From Erysipelotrichaceae bacterium (GTDB lineage: Bacteria; Bacillota_I; Bacilli_A; Erysipelotrichales; Erysipelotrichaceae): DNA of 32,000 bases. The DNA is taken from positions 330,001 to 362,000 of the forward strand of contig OY760660.1 of the NCBI GenBank assembly GCA_963663995.1, given 5' to 3'. The position numbers were made by a program, and so were the translations under genes. The stretch's first letter is position 1. Every line of letters begins with the position of its first letter. Of this stretch, positions 16,349 through 25,614 are shown one piece after another. The notes under the pieces are model-generated. The model saw nothing but the letters and a program-made list of their open reading frames with translations. It was not told where the DNA came from and did no database searches.

Positions 16349-17866
16349 ATGCAACATCTCGATGTTATTCTAGCCATGAATCATATCAGTAAAAGCTTTC
16401 CTGGTGTTAAAGCTTTAGATAATGTTTCCTTTCATGTTAAAAGAGGAACAGTACATGCACTGATGGGTGAAAATGGCGCTGGTAAATCCACATTAATGAA
16501 ATGTTTATTTGGTATTTATCAAATGGACGAAGGTGAAGTACTTTATGAAGGTAAACCGGTTCATTTCCATAATCCTAAAGATGCATTGGATGCCGGGATT
16601 TCAATGATTCACCAAGAGTTACAACCTATACCTTACAGATCAATTGCTGAAAATCTATGGGTTGGACGATATCCTATGAATAAAATCATAGGCTTATTCT
16701 CTGTCGTGGATCACAAAAAAATGAACGAAATGAGTAAAGATTTACTTAAACAAGTTCATTTAAAAGTTAATCCAAAAACACAATTAAAAGAGCTATCAGT
16801 TTCACAAGTACAATCGATTGAAATTGCTAAAGCTATTTCGAATGAAGCACGTGTCATCATCATGGATGAACCAACTTCTTCTTTAACACAAGCAGAAGTT
16901 GAACAACTCTTTAATATCATTAATGATTTAAGGAAATTAGGCGTTTCTATTATTTATATCTCACATAAGATGGAAGAAATTTTAAGGATTTCTGATGAAG
17001 TAACGATTATGCGTGATGGTAAATATATTGGAACATGGGCTTCTAAAGATTTGACCATGGACAAAATTATTAAGAATATGGTCGGACGTGAATTAACCAA
17101 TTTGTTCCCACCAAAAGATAATGTTCCAGGAGATGTTTCACTTGAAGTTGAGGGTCTAACATCAATTAATCCTCGATCATTTAGAAATATTACTTTCAAT
17201 GCCCATAAAGGTGAAATCTTAGGCATTGGTGGACTTGTTGGTGCCCAACGAACAGAACTTGTAGAAGGTTTGTTTGGTCTTAGAAAAACAACTAAAGGGA
17301 AAATCAGTTTATATGGACGTCACTTTGATGTTAAACATCCTCGTGATGCGATTAAACGTGGTATTGCTTTAGTTACAGAAGATCGTAGGGGTAATGGTAT
17401 CTTTGGCGTATTATCTGTCAGAGATAATGTATCAGTCGCAAGTTTAAGTGATTTCGTTGATTTCCATTTTAAACTTAACAACTCTAAATTAAATAAATTA
17501 GCTGAAGAAAATATTAAGAAATTAAGAATTAAAACACCTTCAACAAAAACAAAAATTAAATCTCTATCAGGGGGTAATCAACAAAAAGTTATTATCTCGC
17601 GTTGGTTAGCAACAGAACCTGATGTCTTCATCTTAGATGAACCGACACGTGGGATTGATGTTGGGGCAAAATATGAGATTTATCAAATTATGATAGATCT
17701 TGCTCGACAAGGTAAAACCATCATCATGATTACATCTGAAATGCCTGAATTACTAGGTGTTAGTGATCGAATTATGGTTATGTGTGAAGGCCGCTTAAGT
17801 GGAATATTAGATCGTAAAGACGCCAACCAAGAAAAGATTATGGAATTGGCAACACAATACATGTAA
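16349..17866 (+). CDS. mglA: Sugar ABC transporter ATP-binding protein (duplicated ABC domains)
   Basis: 505 aa. GENGAGKST Walker A, LSVSQVQ/LSGGNQQK signatures, and two Walker B motifs. Confidence 0.95.
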   Translation: MQHLDVILAMNHISKSFPGVKALDNVSFHVKRGTVHALMGENGAGKSTLMKCLFGIYQMDEGEVLYEGKPVHFHNPKDALDAGISMIHQELQPIPYRSIAENLWVGRYPMNKIIGLFSVVDHKKMNEMSKDLLKQVHLKVNPKTQLKELSVSQVQSIEIAKAISNEARVIIMDEPTSSLTQAEVEQLFNIINDLRKLGVSIIYISHKMEEILRISDEVTIMRDGKYIGTWASKDLTMDKIIKNMVGRELTNLFPPKDNVPGDVSLEVEGLTSINPRSFRNITFNAHKGEILGIGGLVGAQRTELVEGLFGLRKTTKGKISLYGRHFDVKHPRDAIKRGIALVTEDRRGNGIFGVLSVRDNVSVASLSDFVDFHFKLNNSKLNKLAEENIKKLRIKTPSTKTKIKSLSGGNQQKVIISRWLATEPDVFILDEPTRGIDVGAKYEIYQIMIDLARQGKTIIMITSEMPELLGVSDRIMVMCEGRLSGILDRKDANQEKIMELATQYM

Positions 17867-17877
17867 GGAGAAGCAAA

Positions 17878-18879
17878 ATGAATTTAATCAATAAATTTAT
17901 GAACAATCAAGATTTAAAAACAAAGCTAATTGACAATGCGATGTATTTAATTCTTCTTACCATCTTGGTGGTAGTATCATTTTTAAGACCTATCTTTCTA
18001 TCAACAAATAACTTAACTAATATTTTGATGAACGCATCCATTCGTATCATCATTGCATTAGGTGTTTCTGGCGCATTAATCACAAGAGGTACTGACCTCT
18101 CAGCTGGTCGTATTGTTGGGGTTGGAGCCGTCATTGGCGGAACTCTTCTACAAAGACCTGATTATGCGGCTAAGTTTTTCCCACAACTAGGTGATATGCC
18201 AGTTGTTGCGATCTTGTTGCTTGCAGTAACAGTCACGGCTCTATTAGGCTTAGTGAATGGTTTAGTTATTGCATTCCTTCATGTTCCTCCCTTTATCGCA
18301 ACTTTGGGTATGCAAAGTATCGTGTATGGATTATCACTAATCTATACACGTTCACAGCCTATTGGTGGTTTAAAAACTGATTATACTTATTTGGCCTCGG
18401 GTCGATTATTTGGTATACCGATTTTAATTATCATCTCTACAGTCATGATTCTCATCATGTGGTTCTTATTAAACCAAACAAAATTTGGTAAATATATTTA
18501 TGCCATTGGTGGAAATGAAGCAGCTGCTGAAGTTGCTGGTGTAAACATTGTTTGGACCTTAATTAGAGTTTATGTCATGGCAGGTATATTTTATGGTTTA
18601 GCTGGTTTCTTATTAGCGGCTAAATCTGGTGGTGCAACAGCTAACTATGGGATTGGTTATGAACTTGAAGCGATTGCCGCATGTACCATTGGTGGTGTTA
18701 GTACTGCTGGTGGTGTTGGTACCGTACAAGGAATTGTTTCTGGGGTTTTAATCTTTGAAATGTTAAAAACAAGTCTTCAATTCTTAGGTGTTACACCTGA
18801 CCTTCAATACGTTGCTATCGGTAGTGTTATTGTACTTGCGGTTGCGATTGATATCCGTAAATACATTTCTAAAAAATAA
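17878..18879 (+). CDS. mglC: Sugar ABC transporter permease
   Basis: 333 aa, polytopic. TRGTDLSAGR and GGxxxxGG motifs typical of MglC/RbsC-type permeases. Confidence 0.9.
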   Translation: MNLINKFMNNQDLKTKLIDNAMYLILLTILVVVSFLRPIFLSTNNLTNILMNASIRIIIALGVSGALITRGTDLSAGRIVGVGAVIGGTLLQRPDYAAKFFPQLGDMPVVAILLLAVTVTALLGLVNGLVIAFLHVPPFIATLGMQSIVYGLSLIYTRSQPIGGLKTDYTYLASGRLFGIPILIIISTVMILIMWFLLNQTKFGKYIYAIGGNEAAAEVAGVNIVWTLIRVYVMAGIFYGLAGFLLAAKSGGATANYGIGYELEAIAACTIGGVSTAGGVGTVQGIVSGVLIFEMLKTSLQFLGVTPDLQYVAIGSVIVLAVAIDIRKYISKK

Positions 18880-18883
18880 ACTT

Positions 18884-18912
18884 AAAAATGTATCTTCACG
18901 GGTACATTTTTT
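18884..18912 (+). terminator. Intrinsic terminator after mglC (the downstream gene has no room for its own promoter)
   Basis: AAAAATGTATC-TTCACG-GGTACATTTTTT. Confidence 0.7.
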
Positions 18913-18929
18913 AAAGATTAAGGAGCGAT

Positions 18930-19826
18930 ATGAAAAGAATTAAATTAAGTGATAATTTATCATTATCTGCCATAGCACAAGGCTTTTGGCGTTTAACATC
19001 ATGGCAATTCAGTACCGATGAACTTGTAGAGTTTATGAATGAATGTGTAAAAAGAGGAGTCAGTAGTTTTGATACCGCAGAATTATATGGACGCTATACA
19101 TGTGAAAAAGAAATTGGTGAAGCTTTAAAAAAAGATCCGCAGTTACGCTCTAAAATCGAAATCATCACAAAAACAGGGATCAATAAGCCTGCAAGTATGA
19201 ATGATTACACAATGAATCACTATGATACAAGCTATGAAAAAATTATCAGTTCTTGTCGAAAAAGTTTAGTTAATTTAAACGTGGAAGTGATTGATTTATA
19301 TTTGATTCATCGTGAAGACCCATTTATGGATATTGAACAAATAGCGAGAGCGTTTAAAGAGATCAAAGCAAATGGATGGGTCAATGAAGTAGGTGTATCC
19401 AATTTTAATCCTATTCAATTCGCTAGTTTACAAAAAGCTTGTGGAGGGATGTTAGTTTGTAATCAAATTGAAGTTTCACCTTTACAGTTTGAACATTTCA
19501 ACAATAATAATTTAGATTATTTACAAGCTGAAAAAGTACATCCAATGTTTTATTCTCCACTTGCGGGAGGCAAACTATTTATTTCTAATGATAAAGAAGC
19601 GACTGCTGCAAAAAAAGTTTTAGATGACTTAGCCAATAAATACCAATGTGAAGTTGATACACTTGTCTATGCTTGGTTACTAAAACATCCTGTGAATGGT
19701 ATTGCGATTAGTGGTAGTTCTAAAATAAGTCGCTTGGAAAACGCGATAAAAGCCTGTGATTTAGAGATAAGTCTAGAGGACTGGTATCGAATCTATATTG
19801 CCTCAGGTCAACAAACTCTTAGATAA
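18930..19826 (+). CDS. Aldo/keto reductase (YdhF-like)
   Basis: 298 aa. SFDTAELYG, LIHRED and VSNF motifs. AAGGAG RBS. Confidence 0.85.
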   Translation: MKRIKLSDNLSLSAIAQGFWRLTSWQFSTDELVEFMNECVKRGVSSFDTAELYGRYTCEKEIGEALKKDPQLRSKIEIITKTGINKPASMNDYTMNHYDTSYEKIISSCRKSLVNLNVEVIDLYLIHREDPFMDIEQIARAFKEIKANGWVNEVGVSNFNPIQFASLQKACGGMLVCNQIEVSPLQFEHFNNNNLDYLQAEKVHPMFYSPLAGGKLFISNDKEATAAKKVLDDLANKYQCEVDTLVYAWLLKHPVNGIAISGSSKISRLENAIKACDLEISLEDWYRIYIASGQQTLR

Positions 19827-19834
19827 TTTAACAT

Positions 19835-19857
19835 AAAAAGCACAATGTGCTTTTTTT
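19835..19857 (+). terminator. Intrinsic terminator
   Basis: AAAAGCAC-AAT-GTGCTTTTTTT. Confidence 0.7.
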
Positions 19858-19897
19858 ATGGGTTTATAATAAAAGTATAGATATGAAATGAGACTAT

Positions 19898-20803
19898 ATG
19901 AGAACTGAAAAAAGACTCGATAATGTTTATAAAACTGCTTTAAAACTTCCATACAATAATGATAGTAAAATTGTCATCGTTAGTGATACACACCGTGGTG
20001 ATGGTTCACTTTCTGATGAATTCACCCGTAACCAAAATATATTTTCACATGCTTTACATCATTATTATAAAAATGATTTTATTTTGATTGAAGCAGGGGA
20101 TGGTGATGAACTTTGGGAACATAAGAATTACCAAGTCATCATTAATGCCCATATTGAAGTATTTAATGAACTACAAAAGTTTCATGAAGATCATCGATAT
20201 TTTAAAATATTTGGGAATCATGATATATATCTCAGAGATCAAAATTATTTAAAAGATTATCTTCATTATTATGAAAATCGATATACGCGTGAAGAACATC
20301 CTTTCTTTGCAGGTTTAAAATCACACGAAGGAATCCTTCTTCAACATGAACATAAAGATGAAGAAGTTTTAATTGTGCATGGACATCAAGGTGATGCGCC
20401 GAATGATCAATTTTGGCGTTTTTCAATGTTGTCTTTGAAATATTTTTGGCGATATCTTCATGCTTTTGGTTTACAAAATCCATCCTCACCAGTAAGAAGT
20501 GAAGTAAAGCGACATAAAATCGAGAAGAATTTTAATAAATGGATATCAAGTACAAATATCCCACTTATTTGTGGACATACTCACCGGATTAAGTTTGCCT
20601 TAGACGACGAACTACCATACTACAATACCGGTTGTGGGGTTTATCCGGATAGTATTACAGTGATTGAAATTGTTCGTAATAAAATCAGTTTAATTCGTTG
20701 GAACATTAGATCTAATGAACAAGGTGTTTTACAGGTTAAAAGAAATATCATCAATGGTCCAGCCAATATTCATACAAGAGATCGTAAAGTAAACAGAGGT
20801 TAG
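19898..20803 (+). CDS. Calcineurin-like metallophosphoesterase
   Basis: 301 aa. Motifs SDTHRGDG, GDGDE, GNHD, HGHQGD and GHTH in canonical order. Confidence 0.85.
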   Translation: MRTEKRLDNVYKTALKLPYNNDSKIVIVSDTHRGDGSLSDEFTRNQNIFSHALHHYYKNDFILIEAGDGDELWEHKNYQVIINAHIEVFNELQKFHEDHRYFKIFGNHDIYLRDQNYLKDYLHYYENRYTREEHPFFAGLKSHEGILLQHEHKDEEVLIVHGHQGDAPNDQFWRFSMLSLKYFWRYLHAFGLQNPSSPVRSEVKRHKIEKNFNKWISSTNIPLICGHTHRIKFALDDELPYYNTGCGVYPDSITVIEIVRNKISLIRWNIRSNEQGVLQVKRNIINGPANIHTRDRKVNRG

Positions 20804-20806
20804 TCT

Positions 20807-21844
20807 ATGTTAGCACTAGGTAAAAAATCATTATCACGTGGCATTGAATGGATGGAAAAATACATTCCTATACCAAAGGATAACGAAGTTTTAATACAGG
20901 TTTATTATGCTTCTATTTGTGGGACTGATCTTCATATTTATCAAATGAATGAATGGGCTCAAAGTCGTATTAAAGAAGCACATACGATGGGTCATGAATT
21001 TGTAGGTAAAATTGTGGCTTGTGGTTCAGATGTTAAAACGCGTAAAGTGGGTGAATTTGTTAGTGCGGAAACTCATATAGTTTGTAATGAATGTGAATTT
21101 TGTTTAAATCATCAAAAACACATCTGTGAAAATACAGTTGTTTTAGGTGTCGATGTAGATGGTTGTTATGCTCAGTATATTTGTCTACCGGAAGAAAATG
21201 CCATTTTAAATGATGAAGATATGCCTTTATATACCTATGCTATTCAAGAACCACTAGGAAATGCTGTTCATACTGTAATGGCACAAGATATCAAACATAA
21301 AACTGTAGCGGTTGTTGGGGTTGGTCCTATTGGTTTACTTACTGTGGATGCGGCAAAAGCTTTAGGGGCTAAAGTTGTAGTAGCGATCGATATGGTAGAT
21401 TATCGCTTAAATTTAGCACAAGAAATTGGGGCAGATTATACGATTAATGCGAGTGAAAATGTTGATCAAAAAATAAGAGAAATCTTTGGTAAAAATGGTG
21501 TTGATGTTGTTTGTGAAATGTCAGGGAATGCTAAAGCTTTAACACAAGCTCTCCATTATTTAAAACCTGGGGGACATCTATCCATTCTCGGTATTCCGAA
21601 CCATGAAGTGTTAATTGATGTAACCAATGAAATTGTTTTTAAAGGCATTAATATTCATGGCATCACAGGACGTGAAATGTTTGAAACTTGGGATGTTATT
21701 AAAGATTTACTAAAACATAAAAAATTACATTTGGAAAAAATCATAACCCATATCCTTGACTGGACTGAAATTGAAAAAGGCATGCAATTAATGGAAAGTG
21801 GGCAATGTGGAAAGGTTGTTTTAAAGGTGAGTGATGATGAGTGA
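20807..21844 (+). CDS. tdh: L-threonine 3-dehydrogenase (Zn-dependent MDR family)
   Basis: 345 aa. ICGTDLHIY, GHEFVG, the structural-Zn Cys cluster CNECEFCLNHQKHIC, and GVGPIG. Confidence 0.9.
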   Translation: MLALGKKSLSRGIEWMEKYIPIPKDNEVLIQVYYASICGTDLHIYQMNEWAQSRIKEAHTMGHEFVGKIVACGSDVKTRKVGEFVSAETHIVCNECEFCLNHQKHICENTVVLGVDVDGCYAQYICLPEENAILNDEDMPLYTYAIQEPLGNAVHTVMAQDIKHKTVAVVGVGPIGLLTVDAAKALGAKVVVAIDMVDYRLNLAQEIGADYTINASENVDQKIREIFGKNGVDVVCEMSGNAKALTQALHYLKPGGHLSILGIPNHEVLIDVTNEIVFKGINIHGITGREMFETWDVIKDLLKHKKLHLEKIITHILDWTEIEKGMQLMESGQCGKVVLKVSDDE

Positions 21845-23015
21845 TTTAAGTTTTTTTGAAAATGAAGTCTTAAGGATGAAAGAAGCTGGCATCTTTAAAG
21901 AAATTAAAACCATTGAAAGTAGCAATGATGCGTATTTACTTATTAATGGGAAAAAAGTATTAAACCTCTGTTCCAATAATTATCTTGGTTTAGCAAATCA
22001 TCCACGTTTAAAAGAAGCTGCTACAAAGGCAATTGAAACTTATGGTGTAGGTGCTGGGGCTGTAAAAGTGATTTCAGGTAATAATAAGCTTCATGTTCAA
22101 TTAGAAAATGATTTAGCTAAATTTAAAAAAGAAGAAGCAGTCATGTTGTTTCAATCTGGATTTAATTGTAATGCAGGCGTTATCTCTGCTATTACAAGTG
22201 AAAAAGATTTAATTTTATCGGATCAACTAAATCATGCATCAATTATTGATGGTATGCGTTTATCTAAAGCGAAACGACTCGTTTTTGAACATTCTAATAT
22301 GCAAGATTTAGAACTGAAATTAAAAGAAAATAGAGATTTATATGAAAAAGTTCTAATCATCACAGATGGTGTATTCTCGATGGATGGTGATTTGGCTAAA
22401 TTACCAGAAATTGTGCGTTTGGCTCAAAAGTACAATGCTTTAACTTATGTTGATGATGCCCATGGATCAGGTGTTTTAGGAGAAAATGGACGTGGAACAG
22501 TTGATCATTTTAAATTACATGGACAAGTTGATTTTGTGATTGGAACATTATCAAAAGCTTTTGGAGTTATTGGTGGTTATGTTGCTTGTAAGAAAGTTGT
22601 TAAAGATTATTTATCGCAAAAAGCACGACCACTGTTATTTTCTACAAATTTAACCCCTGCAGATACGGCTGCCTTAATTGAAGCTGTTAAAGTTTTATCG
22701 ACAGATACACAATTGACAAAAAAATTATGGAATTTAGGGGATATCTTAAAGACAAAATTGAGTGAACTTGGTTTTGATATCGGGCACAGTGAAACACCAA
22801 TTACACCGATAATGATTGGGGATGAAGCATTAGCGATTAAGTATGCTGAAACTTTACTTGAAAAAGGGATATTTGTATCACCAATTGTATATCCAACCGT
22901 ACCCCAAGGAAAAGCGCGGATACGTATCATGGTATCAGCAGCGCATAGTTATAAAGATATTGAAGATGCGGTAATGATATTTAAAGATTGTGCGCTTGAA
23001 TGTGGACTATTATGA
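21834..23015 (+). CDS. kbl: 2-amino-3-ketobutyrate CoA ligase (glycine C-acetyltransferase)
   Basis: About 393 aa. NNYLGLANHP, DDAHGSG and the TLSKAFG PLP-lysine motif. The start may be ATG 21834 or 21837 (the track gives GTG 21831). Overlaps the tdh stop. Confidence 0.9.
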   Translation: MMSDLSFFENEVLRMKEAGIFKEIKTIESSNDAYLLINGKKVLNLCSNNYLGLANHPRLKEAATKAIETYGVGAGAVKVISGNNKLHVQLENDLAKFKKEEAVMLFQSGFNCNAGVISAITSEKDLILSDQLNHASIIDGMRLSKAKRLVFEHSNMQDLELKLKENRDLYEKVLIITDGVFSMDGDLAKLPEIVRLAQKYNALTYVDDAHGSGVLGENGRGTVDHFKLHGQVDFVIGTLSKAFGVIGGYVACKKVVKDYLSQKARPLLFSTNLTPADTAALIEAVKVLSTDTQLTKKLWNLGDILKTKLSELGFDIGHSETPITPIMIGDEALAIKYAETLLEKGIFVSPIVYPTVPQGKARIRIMVSAAHSYKDIEDAVMIFKDCALECGLL

Positions 23016-23260
23016 AACGATTAAGTACTGATCAGGCATATGATAGAGAAGAAATGAGACAACTTCAAAAATATGAACAATTGTTTGAGTCTTATTTGAA
23101 TGAATATCATACAATAATAAAAGAACTAAACGAATTAAAAGAAAATGATAAACAAAAAACTCTCCGTTATAAAGAAAATTTCGGACGTAAGTTATTCTTA
23201 TCATTTTTCTTAGAAAAAGCCGTAAAAGTTGGTTTACTGGAGAAAGAGGATTTAGGATGA
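23012..23260 (+). CDS. Hypothetical small helical protein (82 aa)
   Basis: ATGA overlaps with both neighbours (23012-23015 and 23257-23260). Charged heptad-like sequence, no family recognised. Confidence 0.5.
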   Translation: MKRLSTDQAYDREEMRQLQKYEQLFESYLNEYHTIIKELNELKENDKQKTLRYKENFGRKLFLSFFLEKAVKVGLLEKEDLG

Positions 23261-24108
23261 AAATTGCGTGGATAGGAACAGGTGTTATGGGTTATCCAAT
23301 GGTTAATCATTTAATAGAGGATGGTCATGAATGTTCTGTATATAATCGGACAATGCATAAAACAAATGGTTTAAATGCTCGAATTTGTACGAATATTAAA
23401 GAAGTTGTAAAGGATGCTGAAATCATCTTCACGATGGTAGGTTATCCAAAAGATGTTAAAGAAACTTATCAAAAAATTTTACGTTATGCCAATAAAGGAT
23501 CAATCTGTGTCGATATGACCACATCTGATCCAAAACTTGCCATTCAATTAGCAGAAAAAGCAGAGCGTAAGGGGATAACGTTATTAGATGCACCTGTATC
23601 TGGTGGTGATATAGGGGCTCAAAATGCTAGTCTATCAATCATGGTTGGTGGCAAGCAATCTGCATACGAAGAGGTTTATCCACTACTAGAAAAGATGGGT
23701 AAATCAATCCATTATTTAGGTGCTGCTGGAAGTGGTCAATATTGTAAGATGGCAAATCAAATCGTTGTCGCTTCAAATTTAGCTGCTGTGTCAGAAGCCA
23801 TACAATATGCTCAAGCCGTACATTTAGATCCAAACTTAATGTTAGATGCTATAAAAGGTGGAGCAGCTGGTTCTTGGCAAGTGTCAAATAACGGACCAAA
23901 GATTCTCGTTGAAGATTATAAAGCAGGATTTTACATTCATCACTTTATTAAAGACTTAAAATTAGTGGATAAAAGTGCAAGAAAGGCAAAACTTAAACTT
24001 GAATCTTCAAATATTGTTTTAAAGAATCTACAAAAATTAGTTAAAAAGGATCAAAAAAATGCTGAACTTGGCACTCAAGCTTATATTGAAAGTTTAAAGA
24101 AGGATTAG
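23257..24108 (+). CDS. NAD(P)-dependent beta-hydroxyacid dehydrogenase (HIBADH/6PGDH-NAD-binding family)
   Basis: 283 aa. IAWIGTGVMG Rossmann motif, DAPVSGG, and the catalytic-Lys region GSGQYCKMANQ. Confidence 0.85.
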   Translation: MKIAWIGTGVMGYPMVNHLIEDGHECSVYNRTMHKTNGLNARICTNIKEVVKDAEIIFTMVGYPKDVKETYQKILRYANKGSICVDMTTSDPKLAIQLAEKAERKGITLLDAPVSGGDIGAQNASLSIMVGGKQSAYEEVYPLLEKMGKSIHYLGAAGSGQYCKMANQIVVASNLAAVSEAIQYAQAVHLDPNLMLDAIKGGAAGSWQVSNNGPKILVEDYKAGFYIHHFIKDLKLVDKSARKAKLKLESSNIVLKNLQKLVKKDQKNAELGTQAYIESLKKD

Positions 24109-24213
24109 TTTAAGAAATATAGATTGCAATGATATTTCAATAAATTTGGGCAGTCTGCTTTTAGTTTAATAGCTACTTATAATAGAATACTAAAAAAGAA
24201 ATGAGGAATGTTT

Positions 24214-25614
24214 ATGTTGAATGATATCGCTGTCGTTGGAATGGCTGTAATGGGTAAAAACCTTGCTTTAAATATAGCTGATCATGGTTTTAAAACGGTT
24301 ATTTATAATCGTACTACGGAAGTCACTAAGGAAGTATTAAGTGAAAACCCCCATAAAAATTTAGTTGGAGCATTTGATTTAGAAGAAATGGTTCAATTAT
24401 TAGAGAAACCTAGAAAAGTTATTTTAATGATTAAAGCTGGGGCAGCTGTTGATAAAGTTATAGATTCATTGGTTCCACTTTTAGATAAAGGGGATATTGT
24501 CATCGATGCAGGGAATTCCTTTTATGAAGATACCATTCGTCGTGAAAATAGTTTAAAAGAGAAAGGCTTAAACTTTATTGGTATGGGTGTTTCAGGTGGA
24601 GAAGTTGGTGCCCGTTTTGGACCATCAATTATGCCTGGAGGAGACATGGAAGCCCATGCTCAAGTCAAAGATATTCTAGAAGCGATTGCCGCTCAAGCTG
24701 AAGGTGAAGCTTGTACCACTTATATTGGTAAAGATGGAGCTGGTCATTACGTCAAAATGGTTCACAATGGCATTGAATATGGTGATATGCAACTCATTGC
24801 TGAAAGTTATGATGTTTTAAAGAATATTGGACATAAAACAAATACAGAATTACATTCAATTTTTAGTGAATGGAATAAAGGTGATCTCAATTCATATTTA
24901 ATTGAAATTACGGCAGATATCTTTAAAACAAAAGATGATTTAAGTGATAAAGATATCATTGACGTGATTAAGGACACTGCTGGTCAAAAAGGAACAGGTA
25001 AATGGACCTCAAAAGAATCGATGGATTATGGTGAAGCAACTTCTGTTATCACCTCGGCTGTTTACCAACGCTATATATCATCTAATCGTGATTTAAGATT
25101 AAAAGCAGAAACTTTGCTTGAAAAAAATGCAGTCGAAACAAGTACAGATGATTTAGTAGAAAAAGTACAAAAAGCTTTATATCTATCCAAAGTCATTTCA
25201 TATGCGCAAGGTTTTGGGCTATTAAAAGCTGCGTCTGACGATCATGGATGGAATTTAGATTTTGAAAATATCGCGAAAATATTTAGAGGTGGTTGTATTA
25301 TTCGTGCAGCTTTCTTAAATGATATTTCTAAAGCTTATAAAAATAATAAAGATTTAGAAAATCTATTATTTGAACCATTTTTCGCAAATATTGCAGCTGA
25401 ATCGATTTCAGCATTAAGAGAAATTGTTTCACTATCCGCTTTAAATGGGGTTCCTGTTTTAGCGTTTAGTTCAGCATTAGCCTATTATGATGCTTTACGT
25501 AATTCAAAATTATCAACAAACTTAATTCAAGCACAACGTGATTATTTTGGTGCACATACATATGAGCGCTTAGACAAAGATGGTTTCTATCACTTTGAGA
25601 AGTGGGGTCAATAA
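24214..25614 (+). CDS. gnd: 6-phosphogluconate dehydrogenase, decarboxylating
   Basis: 466 aa from ATG 24214 (GAGGA RBS 6 nt upstream). GMAVMGKNLALN, GMGVSGGE and GHYVKMVHNGIEYGDMQ. Confidence 0.95.
   Translation: MLNDIAVVGMAVMGKNLALNIADHGFKTVIYNRTTEVTKEVLSENPHKNLVGAFDLEEMVQLLEKPRKVILMIKAGAAVDKVIDSLVPLLDKGDIVIDAGNSFYEDTIRRENSLKEKGLNFIGMGVSGGEVGARFGPSIMPGGDMEAHAQVKDILEAIAAQAEGEACTTYIGKDGAGHYVKMVHNGIEYGDMQLIAESYDVLKNIGHKTNTELHSIFSEWNKGDLNSYLIEITADIFKTKDDLSDKDIIDVIKDTAGQKGTGKWTSKESMDYGEATSVITSAVYQRYISSNRDLRLKAETLLEKNAVETSTDDLVEKVQKALYLSKVISYAQGFGLLKAASDDHGWNLDFENIAKIFRGGCIIRAAFLNDISKAYKNNKDLENLLFEPFFANIAAESISALREIVSLSALNGVPVLAFSSALAYYDALRNSKLSTNLIQAQRDYFGAHTYERLDKDGFYHFEKWGQ

Noticed and set aside
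24114-24138. The GAAATAT-N11-ATATTTC hairpin after the hydroxyacid dehydrogenase gene as a terminator or operator
   Set aside because: The stem is AU-only and 7 bp long with no following T tract. It is too weak to call, so transcription may continue into gnd or stop by other means.
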